The notes beneath the pieces were generated by a model, which saw only the letters and a program-made list of their open reading frames with translations, had not been told where the DNA came from and did no database searches. The position numbers and the translations under genes are program-made. A DNA stretch of 62,197 bases from contig CAYTYR010000014.1 of the NCBI GenBank assembly GCA_964441745.1, positions 1-62,197 of the forward strand. Reading direction: 5' to 3'. This DNA comes from an uncultured Clostridia bacterium (GTDB taxonomy: Bacteria > CAYTYR01 > UBA6262). Numbering within the stretch: position 1 is the first letter of the stretch; every line of letters starts with the position of its first letter. Shown here in pieces: positions 31,342-42,178 of the stretch.

Positions 31342-31779
31342 CTAACTGCTTTTCTTCACATACAAATGCGTTCCTTCAACTTTCAACACCTCAATAATTT
31401 CCCCTTGCTCAATCTTTTCATCAGCTTCTGCGCGCCAATCTTCCCGGTCTACCATCACCCGGCCCTCATTTTTTTCCGGATCAAGCGTTACTATCACCTT
31501 CCCTTTTTTCCCAATCAAGGCATCAGTATTTGCTAACCGGGCTGACTTACCGGCAAACTTTTCTGCCAATGGCCTGGAAACTATGATCCCAATAACAGAA
31601 ACAGCAATAAAAACGCCCCAAGACAGCCAGGTATTACCAAAAAGCCAAAAAATAAGGCTGGCAAGAAGAGCCCCCACACCAAAACAGGCGTAGATAAAAA
31701 TGGCGGGGGTGATTATCTCAATAATGAAAAACACTACTGCCACAATGATCCAGATCATTACCGGATTATTCCAATCCAT
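31342..31779 (-). CDS. NfeD-like membrane protein (short form)
   Basis: TM helices, LIGKKG, GRVMV..WRA, VEGTHLYV OB-fold; paired with SPFH. Confidence 0.88.
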   Translation of the reverse strand: MDWNNPVMIWIIVAVVFFIIEIITPAIFIYACFGVGALLASLIFWLFGNTWLSWGVFIAVSVIGIIVSRPLAEKFAGKSARLANTDALIGKKGKVIVTLDPEKNEGRVMVDREDWRAEADEKIEQGEIIEVLKVEGTHLYVKKSS

Positions 31780-31802
31780 GTTTTAACTCCTCCCAAAATT
31801 AG

Positions 31803-31892
31803 AAACGCTTATGGCTAATGGCTTATGGCATATAGCAGAAGCATTGCCGTCTTTGTTTTTGCTATTAGCTATATGCCATATGCTATCTGCGC
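31803..31892. repeat. Family B hairpin between lepB and nfeD
   Basis: GCTTATGGCTAATGGCTTATGGCATATAGC ... GCTATTAGCTATATGCCATATGCTA. Confidence 0.8.
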
Positions 31893-31894
31893 CT

Positions 31895-32509
31895 TTACTT
31901 TATTATCCTTATTCTCGTTAGCGGCCAGTAAATGAACCAGGCCTTGCCTTTAATGTTTTCTTCCGGCAACAACCCCCAAAAGCGGCTATCGAGGCTATTA
32001 TCGCGATTATCTCCCATGACAAAATATTTGCCCGGTGGAACCTTGAATTTAGGGAAATTATCCCGGGGACGAACTTCGGTAGGTATGTCGGGATTATCAG
32101 GAAAGATCCGGCTATCTTTATGCTGGGAATATGGTTCAGTCAGCTGCACATTATTCACAAAGACGATTTTATTATGGATTTCCACTTCATCGCCGGGCAA
32201 TCCGATAGCCCGCTTCACAAAATCTTTCTTTGGCTCTACCGGATATTTAAAAACTATCACATCGCCCCGCTGGACATCCCGTACTTTCCATATTTTTTTA
32301 CCAGTAAACGGGATCTTGGTCCCATAGATGAATTTATTGACAAAAAGGTGGTCACCTAACTGCAGGGTCTCTAACATTGAGCCGGAGGGTATTTTGAACG
32401 CCTGGATAAAATAGGCCCGGATAAAAAATGCCAGGACCATGGCAACTATTATGGTTTCCACCCATTCCCTTATTTCTTTCTTGATCTTCACTTTAGTTTC
32501 AGGTAGCAT
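31895..32509 (-). CDS. lepB: Signal peptidase I
   Basis: IPSGSM, FVKRAIGLPGD, GDNRDNSLDSRFWG motifs. Confidence 0.97.
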   Translation of the reverse strand: MLPETKVKIKKEIREWVETIIVAMVLAFFIRAYFIQAFKIPSGSMLETLQLGDHLFVNKFIYGTKIPFTGKKIWKVRDVQRGDVIVFKYPVEPKKDFVKRAIGLPGDEVEIHNKIVFVNNVQLTEPYSQHKDSRIFPDNPDIPTEVRPRDNFPKFKVPPGKYFVMGDNRDNSLDSRFWGLLPEENIKGKAWFIYWPLTRIRIIK

Positions 32510-32593
32510 TTATTCTCCCTTTTCAGCGTTCAGTTTTCAGCGTTCGGCGTTCAGAAAAGCTTTAGTAAGTATGGTTCTTGCTGTACGCTGACT

Positions 32594-34396
32594 TCAATCT
32601 TCATCGATACTAAGCACCGACAGGAACGCCTTCTGCGGTATTTCTACTGATCCGATCTGTTTCATTTTCTTTTTGCCTTCACGTTGCTTTTCCAATAGCT
32701 TGCGTTTACGGGAAATATCACCACCATAGCACTTAGCAATGACATCTTTGCGTAATGCGCTGATAGTCTCCCGGGCGATTATTTTATTATCAATACTGGC
32801 CTGGATCGGTATCTCAAACATCTGCCGGGGAATGAGTTTTCTTAGTTTCTCCGCAATTTTCCTCCCCTGATACGGCGCCTTTTCCCGCGGCACAATAAAG
32901 GAAAAAGCATCCACTGGCTCATGATTGATCATGATCTCCAGTTTAACCAGGTCACTCGGACGGTAACCGATATATTCATAATCAAAAGAAGCATAACCGC
33001 GGGTAGCTGATTTCAACTTATCATAAAAATCCATAATAATCTCCGCCAGCGGCAATTCATAATTCAGGATAACCGTCGAAGTGTCCAGATAGTGCATGTT
33101 CTTGAAAATGCCGCGCTTTTCCTGGCTTAACTGCATGACATTACCGACAAATTCGTTGGGGGTAATGATCATACCTTTAATATACGGTTCATTGATCTCC
33201 GCTATTTCCTGCGGCGGCGGGAATTTTACCGGACTGTCTATTTCGACAATATCTTCGTTTGTTTTAAAGATCTGATATATTACATTAGGACTGGTAATGA
33301 TCATTTCCAGATTGTATTCCCTGGTCAATCGCTCTTTGATGATATCCATATGCAGTAAACCCAGGAAACCGCAGCGGAAGCCAAATCCCAGGGCTACAGA
33401 ATTTTCAGGAGAATAGACAAAAGAGGTATCATTGAGACGTAATTTTTCCAAGGCAGCCAAAAGAAATTCATAGTCGCCGGGATTGACCGGGAAAAACCCG
33501 GCATAGACCATTGGTTTCAATTCCTTGAAGCCATGGAACGGTGTTGTTGTTGGCCGCTCCGCCAAGGTCACTGTATCGCCGATCTTGACATCCTGAAGGT
33601 TTTTGATGCCGGCAATAATATATCCTACATCCCCTGCTTCCAAAGCCTCAGCCTGCTCCATTTCCGGCCGGAAAAAGCCTACTTCATCTACTTCATATTC
33701 AGCCTTATTGGAAAACATCATGATCTTCTTATCTTTGCTGATCGCACCGTCCACTACCCGCACATAGATAATAGCGCCGCGGTAAGGATCATAATTAGAA
33801 TCAAAGATCAAGGCGCTTAAGGTGTTTTCCCGGCTGCCTTGCGGCGGCGGCACCTTGGCTACTATCGCTTCCAATATTTCCTTGGTGCCAATACGGTTTT
33901 TGGCGCTGGCCAGGATTATGTCTGATGTATCCACTTTTAGAATATCCTGGATCTGGTTCTTAACCCTTTCCGGATCGGCATTTGGCAAATCTATTTTATT
34001 GATCACCGGTACAATGGTCAGATTGTTCTGTTTAGCCAGCATAACATTGGCTAAGGTCTGGGCTTCTACTCCTTGAGACGCGTCAACCACTAAAATTGTT
34101 CCTTCACAAGCCGCCAAACTGCGGGAAACTTCATAAGTAAAATCAACATGGCCAGGAGTATCGATCAGGTTCAACAGGTAAGTATCCCCGTTTTCAGCCT
34201 GATACTGCATCCTGACTGCTTTAGCTTTGATCGTAATGCCGCGCTCACGTTCCAGTTCCATCTTGTCCAAGAACTGCTCTTTCATTTTCCGTTCAGGGAC
34301 AGTATGGGTAGTCTCCAAAAGCGTATCTGCCAGCGTGCTCTTGCCATGGTCAATATGGGCAATAATAGAGAAATTCCTGATATGGTCAATCTTCAT
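32594..34396 (-). CDS. lepA: Elongation factor 4
   Basis: [41 protein letters not shown] motifs; ATG at 34396. Confidence 0.98.
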   Translation of the reverse strand: MKIDHIRNFSIIAHIDHGKSTLADTLLETTHTVPERKMKEQFLDKMELERERGITIKAKAVRMQYQAENGDTYLLNLIDTPGHVDFTYEVSRSLAACEGTILVVDASQGVEAQTLANVMLAKQNNLTIVPVINKIDLPNADPERVKNQIQDILKVDTSDIILASAKNRIGTKEILEAIVAKVPPPQGSRENTLSALIFDSNYDPYRGAIIYVRVVDGAISKDKKIMMFSNKAEYEVDEVGFFRPEMEQAEALEAGDVGYIIAGIKNLQDVKIGDTVTLAERPTTTPFHGFKELKPMVYAGFFPVNPGDYEFLLAALEKLRLNDTSFVYSPENSVALGFGFRCGFLGLLHMDIIKERLTREYNLEMIITSPNVIYQIFKTNEDIVEIDSPVKFPPPQEIAEINEPYIKGMIITPNEFVGNVMQLSQEKRGIFKNMHYLDTSTVILNYELPLAEIIMDFYDKLKSATRGYASFDYEYIGYRPSDLVKLEIMINHEPVDAFSFIVPREKAPYQGRKIAEKLRKLIPRQMFEIPIQASIDNKIIARETISALRKDVIAKCYGGDISRKRKLLEKQREGKKKMKQIGSVEIPQKAFLSVLSIDED

Positions 34397-34471
34397 TTGA
34401 TCTGCAAAACCTCTCAAGAAGCGATTACGCGGATTCTAAGTACTGATTACGCGGATATCGGTTCAATCATT

Positions 34472-35530
34472 TTAAAGATGTTTCTTAATATAATCTATAT
34501 TCGGCATCAGGGAAGGGTCAGTAGCGTAGAGGAAAGCCAGGTAAACGCTCATAAGATCTCCCAGATAAACCATACTGAATAACCTGGCCAAGGCTGATCT
34601 CCCGACAGGCACAGCCTGCTCGGTTTTACCGATATATTGCTCAATTAAATGCAAACTTAAGGCTAAACGTTTTTTATCTGCCGGATAGGATAGCGTATCC
34701 TGCAAGATTATTACTTTGAAGTATTTATGCAGGTTTTTCAAGCTCTGCCAGCATTCAATTTCATTATGGGTAACTTCCGGGAAAGTATTATAAGCGGCAA
34801 ATAGTTTCGTGTTCTCGTTGAGCATCCCCTTCCAGCGCCGGCATAATCCGTCCATGATACTGGTCGCGCCATATATTACCGGTATTTTACCGGCAAGACT
34901 AAGAGCTAGTTTCTTAGCCTGGTTTTGCTTAACGCAGGAACTTCTCCCCCATTGCCGGCTCAGCTTTGTGATCACCTGCAGGGTTTCCTGGATATCCTTG
35001 CGCTGATCGGCAATTATCCTAAGTTTCCGCAGTATATTCAAGACCGGGAAAAACAGTAAGCCGATGCTGGCCCGGGGCAAACCGTCAGCTCTCACTTTTA
35101 CATAAGGGATCTTATTCCTTTCAGCCTCTTGCAGCATCTTCCCGCCGGAGGTTACGGCAATTATTTTCGCTTTTTTACGCTGGGCATCTAAATAATTATG
35201 CAGGGTTTCCCTGGTATTTCCGGAATAGGTTACCAAAAAAACCAGGGTGCTGCTGTCCACAAAAGCCGGTAAGCGCGAATCGCGGTTAACCATGACCGGC
35301 AAATTACTCTCCAGCTTCAGGTAGCCAATGAGCAAATCCCCGACTATAGCCGATCCACCCATACCGCAAATCAGGATCTTATTTACTTTTTTATAATCAG
35401 CCGGCAGTTTTATATCCAATCCCAGTTGGCAGGCTTCCCGTAACTGCTCCGGAAACTGCTCAAGTTCCGCGAGCATATGATGCTGGTCAATTTTGCTGAT
35501 TAGCTTCAAATCATCTATCTTCAGTATCAT
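34472..35530 (-). CDS. Bifunctional phosphoglucose/phosphomannose isomerase (SIS family)
   Basis: GMGGS, YSGNTRET, ENTK, FPEVTHNEIE motifs. Confidence 0.88.
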   Translation of the reverse strand: MILKIDDLKLISKIDQHHMLAELEQFPEQLREACQLGLDIKLPADYKKVNKILICGMGGSAIVGDLLIGYLKLESNLPVMVNRDSRLPAFVDSSTLVFLVTYSGNTRETLHNYLDAQRKKAKIIAVTSGGKMLQEAERNKIPYVKVRADGLPRASIGLLFFPVLNILRKLRIIADQRKDIQETLQVITKLSRQWGRSSCVKQNQAKKLALSLAGKIPVIYGATSIMDGLCRRWKGMLNENTKLFAAYNTFPEVTHNEIECWQSLKNLHKYFKVIILQDTLSYPADKKRLALSLHLIEQYIGKTEQAVPVGRSALARLFSMVYLGDLMSVYLAFLYATDPSLMPNIDYIKKHL

Positions 35531-35589
35531 TAATTCCTCGCTTTTTTTGAGATTTTAAACACCTAATCTTTAATCGGTGTAATCTTATT

Positions 35590-37329
35590 TTACTCTTCTT
35601 CGTGATTATGATTTTGTTTAATCAGCTTTTTAATGCCCTCTACCGTAGGCATTTCGAGTATCTTATTAACTATCTCTTTGGCCTGGTTCATGGTAGATTC
35701 ACGGATGATCTTCTTGATTTTCGGCACAGCGGCGCTGCCCATACTGAACTCATCCAGGCCCATACCTAGTAAGATCTGCGTCAATTCAGGCTCTCCAGCC
35801 ATTTCCCCGCACATGCCAACCATCTTGCCTTCGCGGTGCCCTGCTTCAATCACATATTTGATCTGCCGCAGGATCGACGGATGCAGCGGTTCATAGAGAT
35901 AGGCTACTTTTTCATTTCCGCGGTCAACAGCGATTGTATACTGGATCAGGTCATTGGTCCCGATACTTAAGAAATCAACCTCCCTGGCGATCACATCCGC
36001 AGTTAAGGCGGCTGAAGGGGTTTCGATCATCGCTCCCACCTCAATATCCGCGTCAAAATCAATATGCTCCTTTTTTAATTCATCTTTTACCTGTTCCAGG
36101 ATATGATTGGCTTTTCTCACTTCTTCTACCGTCGAGATCATCGGATACATTATTTTAAGTTTCCCGCTTGAAGACGCCTGCAGGATCGCCCTTAACTGGG
36201 ACCGGAACAGGTCTGGATATTTCAAACACAGCCTGATACCCCGCAATCCCAGGAAAGGATTAGTTTCAATCGTCGTGCCAAGCTGATCAGTTAATTTATC
36301 TCCTCCCAAATCAAGGGTCCGCAAAACAACGCTATAGGGCGCCATTTTTTTGGCGATATTCCGGTAGATGTGCAACTGCTCTTCTTCACTGGGAAGATCG
36401 TTCCGGTTCAAGAATATGAATTCAGTCCGGAACAAGCCGATGCCCTTAGCCCCGTATTCCAGAACTAAATCAACTTCATCCGGGATCTCGATATTGGCGA
36501 GTAATTGCACCTCCCGGCCATCCCGGGTTATCGCCGGAAGGTCTTTTAATTTATTAAGCTGTTTTTTGATTTCAGTATATTTTTTATTTCTCTTTTCATA
36601 TTCTTCCAGCACGCTCTTGGCCGGGTTAATGATCACAATACCTTCATACCCATCCAGGATGAGCTCATCGCCATTCTGTACTTTATCAGTGATCTCTTTC
36701 AAACCAACGACAGCCGGGATACCGAGCGACTGGGCCATGATCGCCGTATGCGAGGTTTTGCCTCCCATATTAGTAAGAAACCCCAGGACTTTTTCCTCCC
36801 TCATTTGTACGGTATCAGAAGGAGTCAGGTCATTAGCTACGACGATAACTTCGCTTTTCAATAAGGCCAGATTCTGTTTCTTGGCCCCCAACAGGTTATG
36901 CAAGACCCTCTTTCCTAAATCCTGAATATCCTGGCCGCGTTCACGCAGGTACTCATCGCCCATAGTGGTAAAGACATGCACAAATTTAGAGATGGTCTGG
37001 GAAAAGATGAATTCCACGTTCATTTTTTCTTTGCGGACTTTATCAATGGTTTCCTTAACCAGCATCGGATCGTCCAGCACCAACAGGTAAGCTTCAAAAA
37101 TAGACGCATGTTTTGATCCCAGGCGGCCGTTGACCTTATCCCTGATCGCAATCAGCTCCAGTTTCGTGCTGTTGAGCGCTTCCTGGAAACGGACTACTTC
37201 CCGTTCCACTTCTTCATCTTCTAATTTACGTTTCTTAATGCAGAAATCTTCCTGGCTGAGGATCAGGGCCTGGCCAATGACTATTCCCGGTGAAGCAGCT
37301 ATGCCGCGGTGCATTATCTTTTCCATCAA
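35590..37329 (-). CDS. ptsI: PTS enzyme I
   Basis: GGKTSHTAI, GLFRTE, NPFLGLRGIR, SIGTNDL, CGEMAG motifs. Confidence 0.97.
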   Translation of the reverse strand: MMEKIMHRGIAASPGIVIGQALILSQEDFCIKKRKLEDEEVEREVVRFQEALNSTKLELIAIRDKVNGRLGSKHASIFEAYLLVLDDPMLVKETIDKVRKEKMNVEFIFSQTISKFVHVFTTMGDEYLRERGQDIQDLGKRVLHNLLGAKKQNLALLKSEVIVVANDLTPSDTVQMREEKVLGFLTNMGGKTSHTAIMAQSLGIPAVVGLKEITDKVQNGDELILDGYEGIVIINPAKSVLEEYEKRNKKYTEIKKQLNKLKDLPAITRDGREVQLLANIEIPDEVDLVLEYGAKGIGLFRTEFIFLNRNDLPSEEEQLHIYRNIAKKMAPYSVVLRTLDLGGDKLTDQLGTTIETNPFLGLRGIRLCLKYPDLFRSQLRAILQASSSGKLKIMYPMISTVEEVRKANHILEQVKDELKKEHIDFDADIEVGAMIETPSAALTADVIAREVDFLSIGTNDLIQYTIAVDRGNEKVAYLYEPLHPSILRQIKYVIEAGHREGKMVGMCGEMAGEPELTQILLGMGLDEFSMGSAAVPKIKKIIRESTMNQAKEIVNKILEMPTVEGIKKLIKQNHNHEEE

Positions 37330-37616
37330 TCTTCTCCGAATTTATTTTCAATTAATTGTTCTATCTTAGCCATCAATTCTGTTTCCGCATCTTTTTCACC
37401 TGAAATCTTGACCAGCAGTATTGAACCTGCTTCGGCGGCCAGCATCATCAGGCCCATAATGCTTTTACCGTCTACTTCTTCGCTTTCCTCATTCTCACGC
37501 AAAACCCGGACCTTGATCTTGGCCTGTTTGTATTGATTAGTCAACTGCACAAACAAGGCCGCGGGACGAGCATGCAATCCTAGCCTGTTTTTCATTTCAA
37601 TTTTTTTCTCAATCAT
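37326..37616 (-). CDS. ptsH: Phosphocarrier HPr
   Basis: GLHARPAA (His15) and KSIMGLMML (Ser46). Confidence 0.95.
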   Translation of the reverse strand: MIEKKIEMKNRLGLHARPAALFVQLTNQYKQAKIKVRVLRENEESEEVDGKSIMGLMMLAAEAGSILLVKISGEKDAETELMAKIEQLIENKFGED

Positions 37617-37631
37617 TAATTAACCGCTTTC

Positions 37632-38405
37632 TTATAAATTGACTTTAAAGTAATAAAGCAATACACCCCAGGCCAAAACTCCGTAGATCAGGATATTGGT
37701 GTTGACTTTTTTGCGGATCAAGCCATACATCACGAACAAGGTGCCAAAAAAGATAATGTTCTGCCACATATTCAGGTCAGCCGCGTAGAGCATGAGCAGT
37801 ACGCCCAAACCGATAAAGCCCAGCAGGTTTATTACCGTGATCAGGTCCTGGGTATCAAATTTTTTCAGGATATCGACCACTCCGGTACCTAAAACATAAC
37901 CTTTAGCTATACCGCCAAACCTGATGTACAAGCCAAAAAAGTTAAAGAAAAGCAGGAAAAATATCGGCCCAATAAGCTTGGCATTTCCCTCCAGTGTCAG
38001 GATCATCAAGATGCCGATGAGGGCGCTGAAAGGTCTCAGGGAAGCCCAGAAAAAAGCATCCCCAATGGCTGCCAGCGGTCCGCTCATGATCGCCTTAATG
38101 GAGCGGATATCTTCCGGCTTGACCGTGCCTGGCTGGTTGACCATCTTCTCTTCCATAGACGTGGTCACGCCAACCACAAAAGAAGCCATATACGGATGTG
38201 TATTAAAGAATTCCAGGTGCCGGTGCAGAGCTTCTACTCGGGCCGGCCCTTTTGGATACAGCCGTTTGATCATTGGCACAACCGTAAACAGGAATCCAAC
38301 ATTCTGCAGCCGCTCAAAATTCCATACCGCCTGGATATAGAAAGACCGGTGCATGATCTTCAGTAAGTCCAATTTAGTGATCGCGCGCTTTTTTTCCTGT
38401 ATCAT
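37632..38405 (-). CDS. PTS mannose-family EIID
   Basis: WNFERLQ, HLEFFNTHPY, GPLAAIGDAFFW motifs. Confidence 0.92.
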   Translation of the reverse strand: MIQEKKRAITKLDLLKIMHRSFYIQAVWNFERLQNVGFLFTVVPMIKRLYPKGPARVEALHRHLEFFNTHPYMASFVVGVTTSMEEKMVNQPGTVKPEDIRSIKAIMSGPLAAIGDAFFWASLRPFSALIGILMILTLEGNAKLIGPIFFLLFFNFFGLYIRFGGIAKGYVLGTGVVDILKKFDTQDLITVINLLGFIGLGVLLMLYAADLNMWQNIIFFGTLFVMYGLIRKKVNTNILIYGVLAWGVLLYYFKVNL

Positions 38406-39052
38406 GATACTTCCTTACCTGCTTTCCTAAATCTGAAAGTATCCCAGACCATGGCTAAACCCAGAGCGATCAACAGGATTCTGGCCTGTCCAAACCCAGC
38501 CAGAAGCGTATCCGGGAGCCGAGGCACTATTGCATGGAAAATATATAAACCCAGGTAAATAGAAATAAAGTAAAAGAGAAAATATTTAACAACGATTAAG
38601 AGAATAGCCATAATAACCATCCCCTGGATCATGAACAGGTTGTCCTGTTTAGCAAATTTATCAGCGTAATAGACCAACTGGTTATTAAACCTCCGTACAA
38701 ATATATCCAGTTTCTTGATAATAGTTCCTAAAGGCAGGGCATAGCAGATCCCCAGCACGATGCAAGTACTTTCACCGCCCTTCCACCACTGTTCCAGGAA
38801 AATTGAACTGGCAGTAGCGACTACGGTCGTAGCTGCTGCGTCCAGCGGGATGCTGGCGCCTAAAGGCAAGGTATTGATCCAGATCAGCTCCAAGATACTG
38901 CCCACCATCATACCGTGCGTGAAATCGCCGCAGATCCAGCCGATCAATGGTCCGATGATAATCGGCCGCGAAATCATGCCTTGCCAGCAGGCAGTGACAT
39001 CCAAGCTGATAATGCTGGCCACTAAACTGATCCAAATAGTAGTTATAAGCAT
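38402..39052 (-). CDS. PTS mannose-family EIIC (short form)
   Basis: MISRPIIIG, GSILELIW, LPLGASIP motifs; multi-TM. Confidence 0.85.
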   Translation of the reverse strand: MLITTIWISLVASIISLDVTACWQGMISRPIIIGPLIGWICGDFTHGMMVGSILELIWINTLPLGASIPLDAAATTVVATASSIFLEQWWKGGESTCIVLGICYALPLGTIIKKLDIFVRRFNNQLVYYADKFAKQDNLFMIQGMVIMAILLIVVKYFLFYFISIYLGLYIFHAIVPRLPDTLLAGFGQARILLIALGLAMVWDTFRFRKAGKEVS

Positions 39053-39060
39053 CTTTCGCC

Positions 39061-41223
39061 TCAGTCAGTAAGATATTTCAAAGTAAAGGTAATAGTTGTT
39101 TTCCATTGGCCATTGGCTTTCAAGCTGACTTTCCATAACGGCATGATCACTGAGCCCTGGTAACTGCGCTCAAACCCTGCTTCTGACTGGGAGACGGTCT
39201 CCAGAGGGAAGCGCCAGACAGTGGTTGGGTCCGCAAATTGCCAGCAGGCATCGATCCGGGTAAAGTAATCCTTAATACCGATTCCCTGGAATTTTTTATT
39301 CTCTTCCGCGCTGTCCATATATTTATTCTCTATTTTTTCATTGGCGCCTAAACTATAATAGAAACATCCGTCATCATGACCGGTAGTTCCGGCAAAGCAG
39401 TATTCACTGCCAAAACACAGGTCCAGTTTGCTATTCTCCAGGTTAGAAAGGACATATTCTATTGTGATGAGGGAACGATCTTCCCAGATTGTTATCTTCT
39501 TTTCCACCTTAACTGCGGCAAATAGCTTGCCGTACCAGACATGGCCTTCGCGAGTCAGGAGTATTTCCAGTTTATCTTCTTCCCGGCGGCACTGCGCCAT
39601 ATACGGCTGGTTGACAAAATCCCCTTGTTCCCCGAAATTACAGTTATGAAAAGCGGCCAGATCACTCCAGTCACTTAAGAAATGGTCAATGGCAAAACCA
39701 CGTTCATACCAGTCATATTTCAGGTATTGATCCAGATTCTGCTCTTTGACCCGGAATTGTTCATGGATAGTCTTGGCTTCACTGCTTTCTTGCTGCTGGT
39801 TCTGTTTCTGGACATAATCCTGGATCTTTTGATGATAAGCTTCTTTATGACGACTCAGGACATTAAGGCAATTGAAATTCTTTAGCCGGTAATCAAGTTC
39901 CAGGATCTTGCCGCCGACATCAGGAGCAACATAAATCTTTATGGTTTTACCGGCAGCAATTATTTCCGCACTATCATCATTGTTATAATCAAGAATCTGG
40001 TAATTTAAATTATTCTGCGGTTTAACCGCTAGCTCCAGGTTGTTTTCCGCTTTGATCAGGTTTTCATAGACTGAGCGGCGCAGGTGGCTCATATATAATC
40101 CACCGAACACACCATGCCAGTAGCCATCATTAGCCTGGGCTGACAATAGTTCATCCTGGGCCTGCCAGAGCTTTGGATGGTCTGTCCCCGCATTCAGGGC
40201 CGCATTGATCTTATTGCTTACTTCCAGCATTTTTTTATGCATCGCATTGGATTCAGGGTATTTCACCAGGAAATTCCGCCAAAATCCGCCTTTGATGAAC
40301 TGTAAATAATCGTGCTGGTCCTGGTTCTGCTTGATCCGGCCGACAATATGTTCATAGGTCTCCTGGGCCTGGGCCGGCAGGGACCATTCCATCATCTCGC
40401 TATAGCTGGCACAGGGAACATAGACCCGGCCAGTGGATCTATAGGTATCCATATATTCACTGAAAGTGGTTGTCTTGAGCCAGGCGGAATTCTCCTCCAG
40501 CTTCACAAAAAACCGTTCCAGCCATTTTTCTTCATAGACAGAATGGTATGTTTGCGGCCAGATGCCGAATTTTTCCCCATCATCAGCAATAACCAGCAGC
40601 CGGTTTCCTTCTTCACTGGCGGCTTGCGCGCAATATTCTATGGTTTTTTCCGGCAGGGCAAAAGGAATTAGATAGCGTAATTTCTGGCTGATCGAGAACA
40701 TCGCCAGGGATTTGCCTTGCTCTTCAGTAATATAATATCCAAATAAATCTTCTTCACCTAAGCCAGCGGATTTGAAATGATAATCATCCACAACCACATA
40801 TTCAACCTTGGCTTCCTGCAAAGGCTTGACCAGATGCGGCTCCCAAATGCGTTCCGCCAGCCACATGCCGCGGGCCTGGTATCCTGTGGTCGAGCGGATA
40901 AACGCGGTCAGTTTCTCGATTTGGGCTTTTTTGTCATCATCCGGCAGGATCGCCAGGATCGGCTCATAGAACCCTCCGGTCATGATCTCAATCTGCTTGT
41001 GCGTGACCATCTGGCGGATCTGGTCGATAAATTCAGGATGCTTTTCTAAAATAAACTGAAACAAAGCGCCGGTATAGTGAAAGCTCATCTTGATCCGGGG
41101 ATGCCGCGCTAACACGGTTATAAACGGCCAATATGCTTTCTGGTAGGCTTCTTCAAAAATATGGTCAAAGTTTCCTACCGGCTGGTGGTTATGCACACCG
41201 AAAATAAGATTAACGGTTTTCAC
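39061..41223 (-). CDS. GH57 alpha-amylase/4-alpha-glucanotransferase (DUF1925/DUF1926 type)
   Basis: HNHQPVGNF, GMWLAERIWEP, DDGEKFG, YWHGVFGGLY, SQSEAGFE..YQG motifs; no signal peptide. Confidence 0.9.
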   Translation of the reverse strand: MKTVNLIFGVHNHQPVGNFDHIFEEAYQKAYWPFITVLARHPRIKMSFHYTGALFQFILEKHPEFIDQIRQMVTHKQIEIMTGGFYEPILAILPDDDKKAQIEKLTAFIRSTTGYQARGMWLAERIWEPHLVKPLQEAKVEYVVVDDYHFKSAGLGEEDLFGYYITEEQGKSLAMFSISQKLRYLIPFALPEKTIEYCAQAASEEGNRLLVIADDGEKFGIWPQTYHSVYEEKWLERFFVKLEENSAWLKTTTFSEYMDTYRSTGRVYVPCASYSEMMEWSLPAQAQETYEHIVGRIKQNQDQHDYLQFIKGGFWRNFLVKYPESNAMHKKMLEVSNKINAALNAGTDHPKLWQAQDELLSAQANDGYWHGVFGGLYMSHLRRSVYENLIKAENNLELAVKPQNNLNYQILDYNNDDSAEIIAAGKTIKIYVAPDVGGKILELDYRLKNFNCLNVLSRHKEAYHQKIQDYVQKQNQQQESSEAKTIHEQFRVKEQNLDQYLKYDWYERGFAIDHFLSDWSDLAAFHNCNFGEQGDFVNQPYMAQCRREEDKLEILLTREGHVWYGKLFAAVKVEKKITIWEDRSLITIEYVLSNLENSKLDLCFGSEYCFAGTTGHDDGCFYYSLGANEKIENKYMDSAEENKKFQGIGIKDYFTRIDACWQFADPTTVWRFPLETVSQSEAGFERSYQGSVIMPLWKVSLKANGQWKTTITFTLKYLTD

Positions 41224-41743
41224 CTGGTTGCTCCTTCAGATTCACTGAGTTGTCTCCCATGGTAATTTTCCGGACTGATTCCATGATATTAATACGTTCA
41301 TCCGTCGGAACGATCCTGCCCTCAAGTTCAATACCTTTGCGTTCCAGCTGGTACAGCGCTTCGATATCTTCCATATCCACGCAGACTGCTTTTAATATTT
41401 GCTTCTTGCCTTCACAAAAATGGATACCCCCCACATTAATACTCTTAATCGGCACTTCCTTCTCGATCAGGGATAGCGCGTCTTCCGGGGAGTTAAACAA
41501 AATGATTACCCGGTCTTCTTCTTTGACCCCTGCTTTTAACAAGGCGGCCGCCTCTTCAATATTCAGGATCGATAATTTCAGGTGACTTGGCACTGCCATC
41601 GACAAAAGAACCCGCTGCATTTGATCTTGGGCCACCTTATCATTCACTACCATGATATGGTTTGCTTTGATCGCTTTAACCCATCCCGCTACCACCTGTC
41701 CATGTATCAACCGGTCATCGATCCTGACTAAAACTATGCCCAT
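41210..41743 (-). CDS. PTS mannose-family EIIB
   Basis: RIDDRLIHGQV motif. Confidence 0.93.
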   Translation of the reverse strand: MGIVLVRIDDRLIHGQVVAGWVKAIKANHIMVVNDKVAQDQMQRVLLSMAVPSHLKLSILNIEEAAALLKAGVKEEDRVIILFNSPEDALSLIEKEVPIKSINVGGIHFCEGKKQILKAVCVDMEDIEALYQLERKGIELEGRIVPTDERINIMESVRKITMGDNSVNLKEQPGENR

Positions 41744-42159
41744 TACGCGCTCCTTTTTAGCTTTTGCATGAACATTTCTTTGGCATTGATAATAGTTTTT
41801 TGCCCGGTCTGCTTGATCTTTTGCACCAGTTCCGGCAGCGGCAGGACTTCCCGTAAAGAAAAAAATTCCAGGATCATGGGCAAATTCACTCCGGTCAAAA
41901 GCTCTATTTTACGGTCTAAAGTAAACGGCAAACTGGTATTGGTCGGTGTTCCTCCGAACATATCGGTAAAAATAATAATGCCCGCATCCTGATCCAATTT
42001 TAGCAGTACTTCTTCTATTTTGCTCTTTAGTTCGCCGGGACTTTCTCCGGGCGTCAAGGTAATGGTCTCAATTTTCTGCTGTTGGCCGACAATACTTTTC
42101 GCTACAGTCACCAGCTCTTGACCCAGGTCACCGTGAGTAATGATTATTGCTCCGATCAT
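41743..42159 (-). CDS. PTS mannose-family EIIA
   Basis: ITHG, DMFGGTP, GVNLPM motifs. Confidence 0.93.
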   Translation of the reverse strand: MIGAIIITHGDLGQELVTVAKSIVGQQQKIETITLTPGESPGELKSKIEEVLLKLDQDAGIIIFTDMFGGTPTNTSLPFTLDRKIELLTGVNLPMILEFFSLREVLPLPELVQKIKQTGQKTIINAKEMFMQKLKRSA

Positions 42160-42178
42160 AACACAACTCCCTGATATC

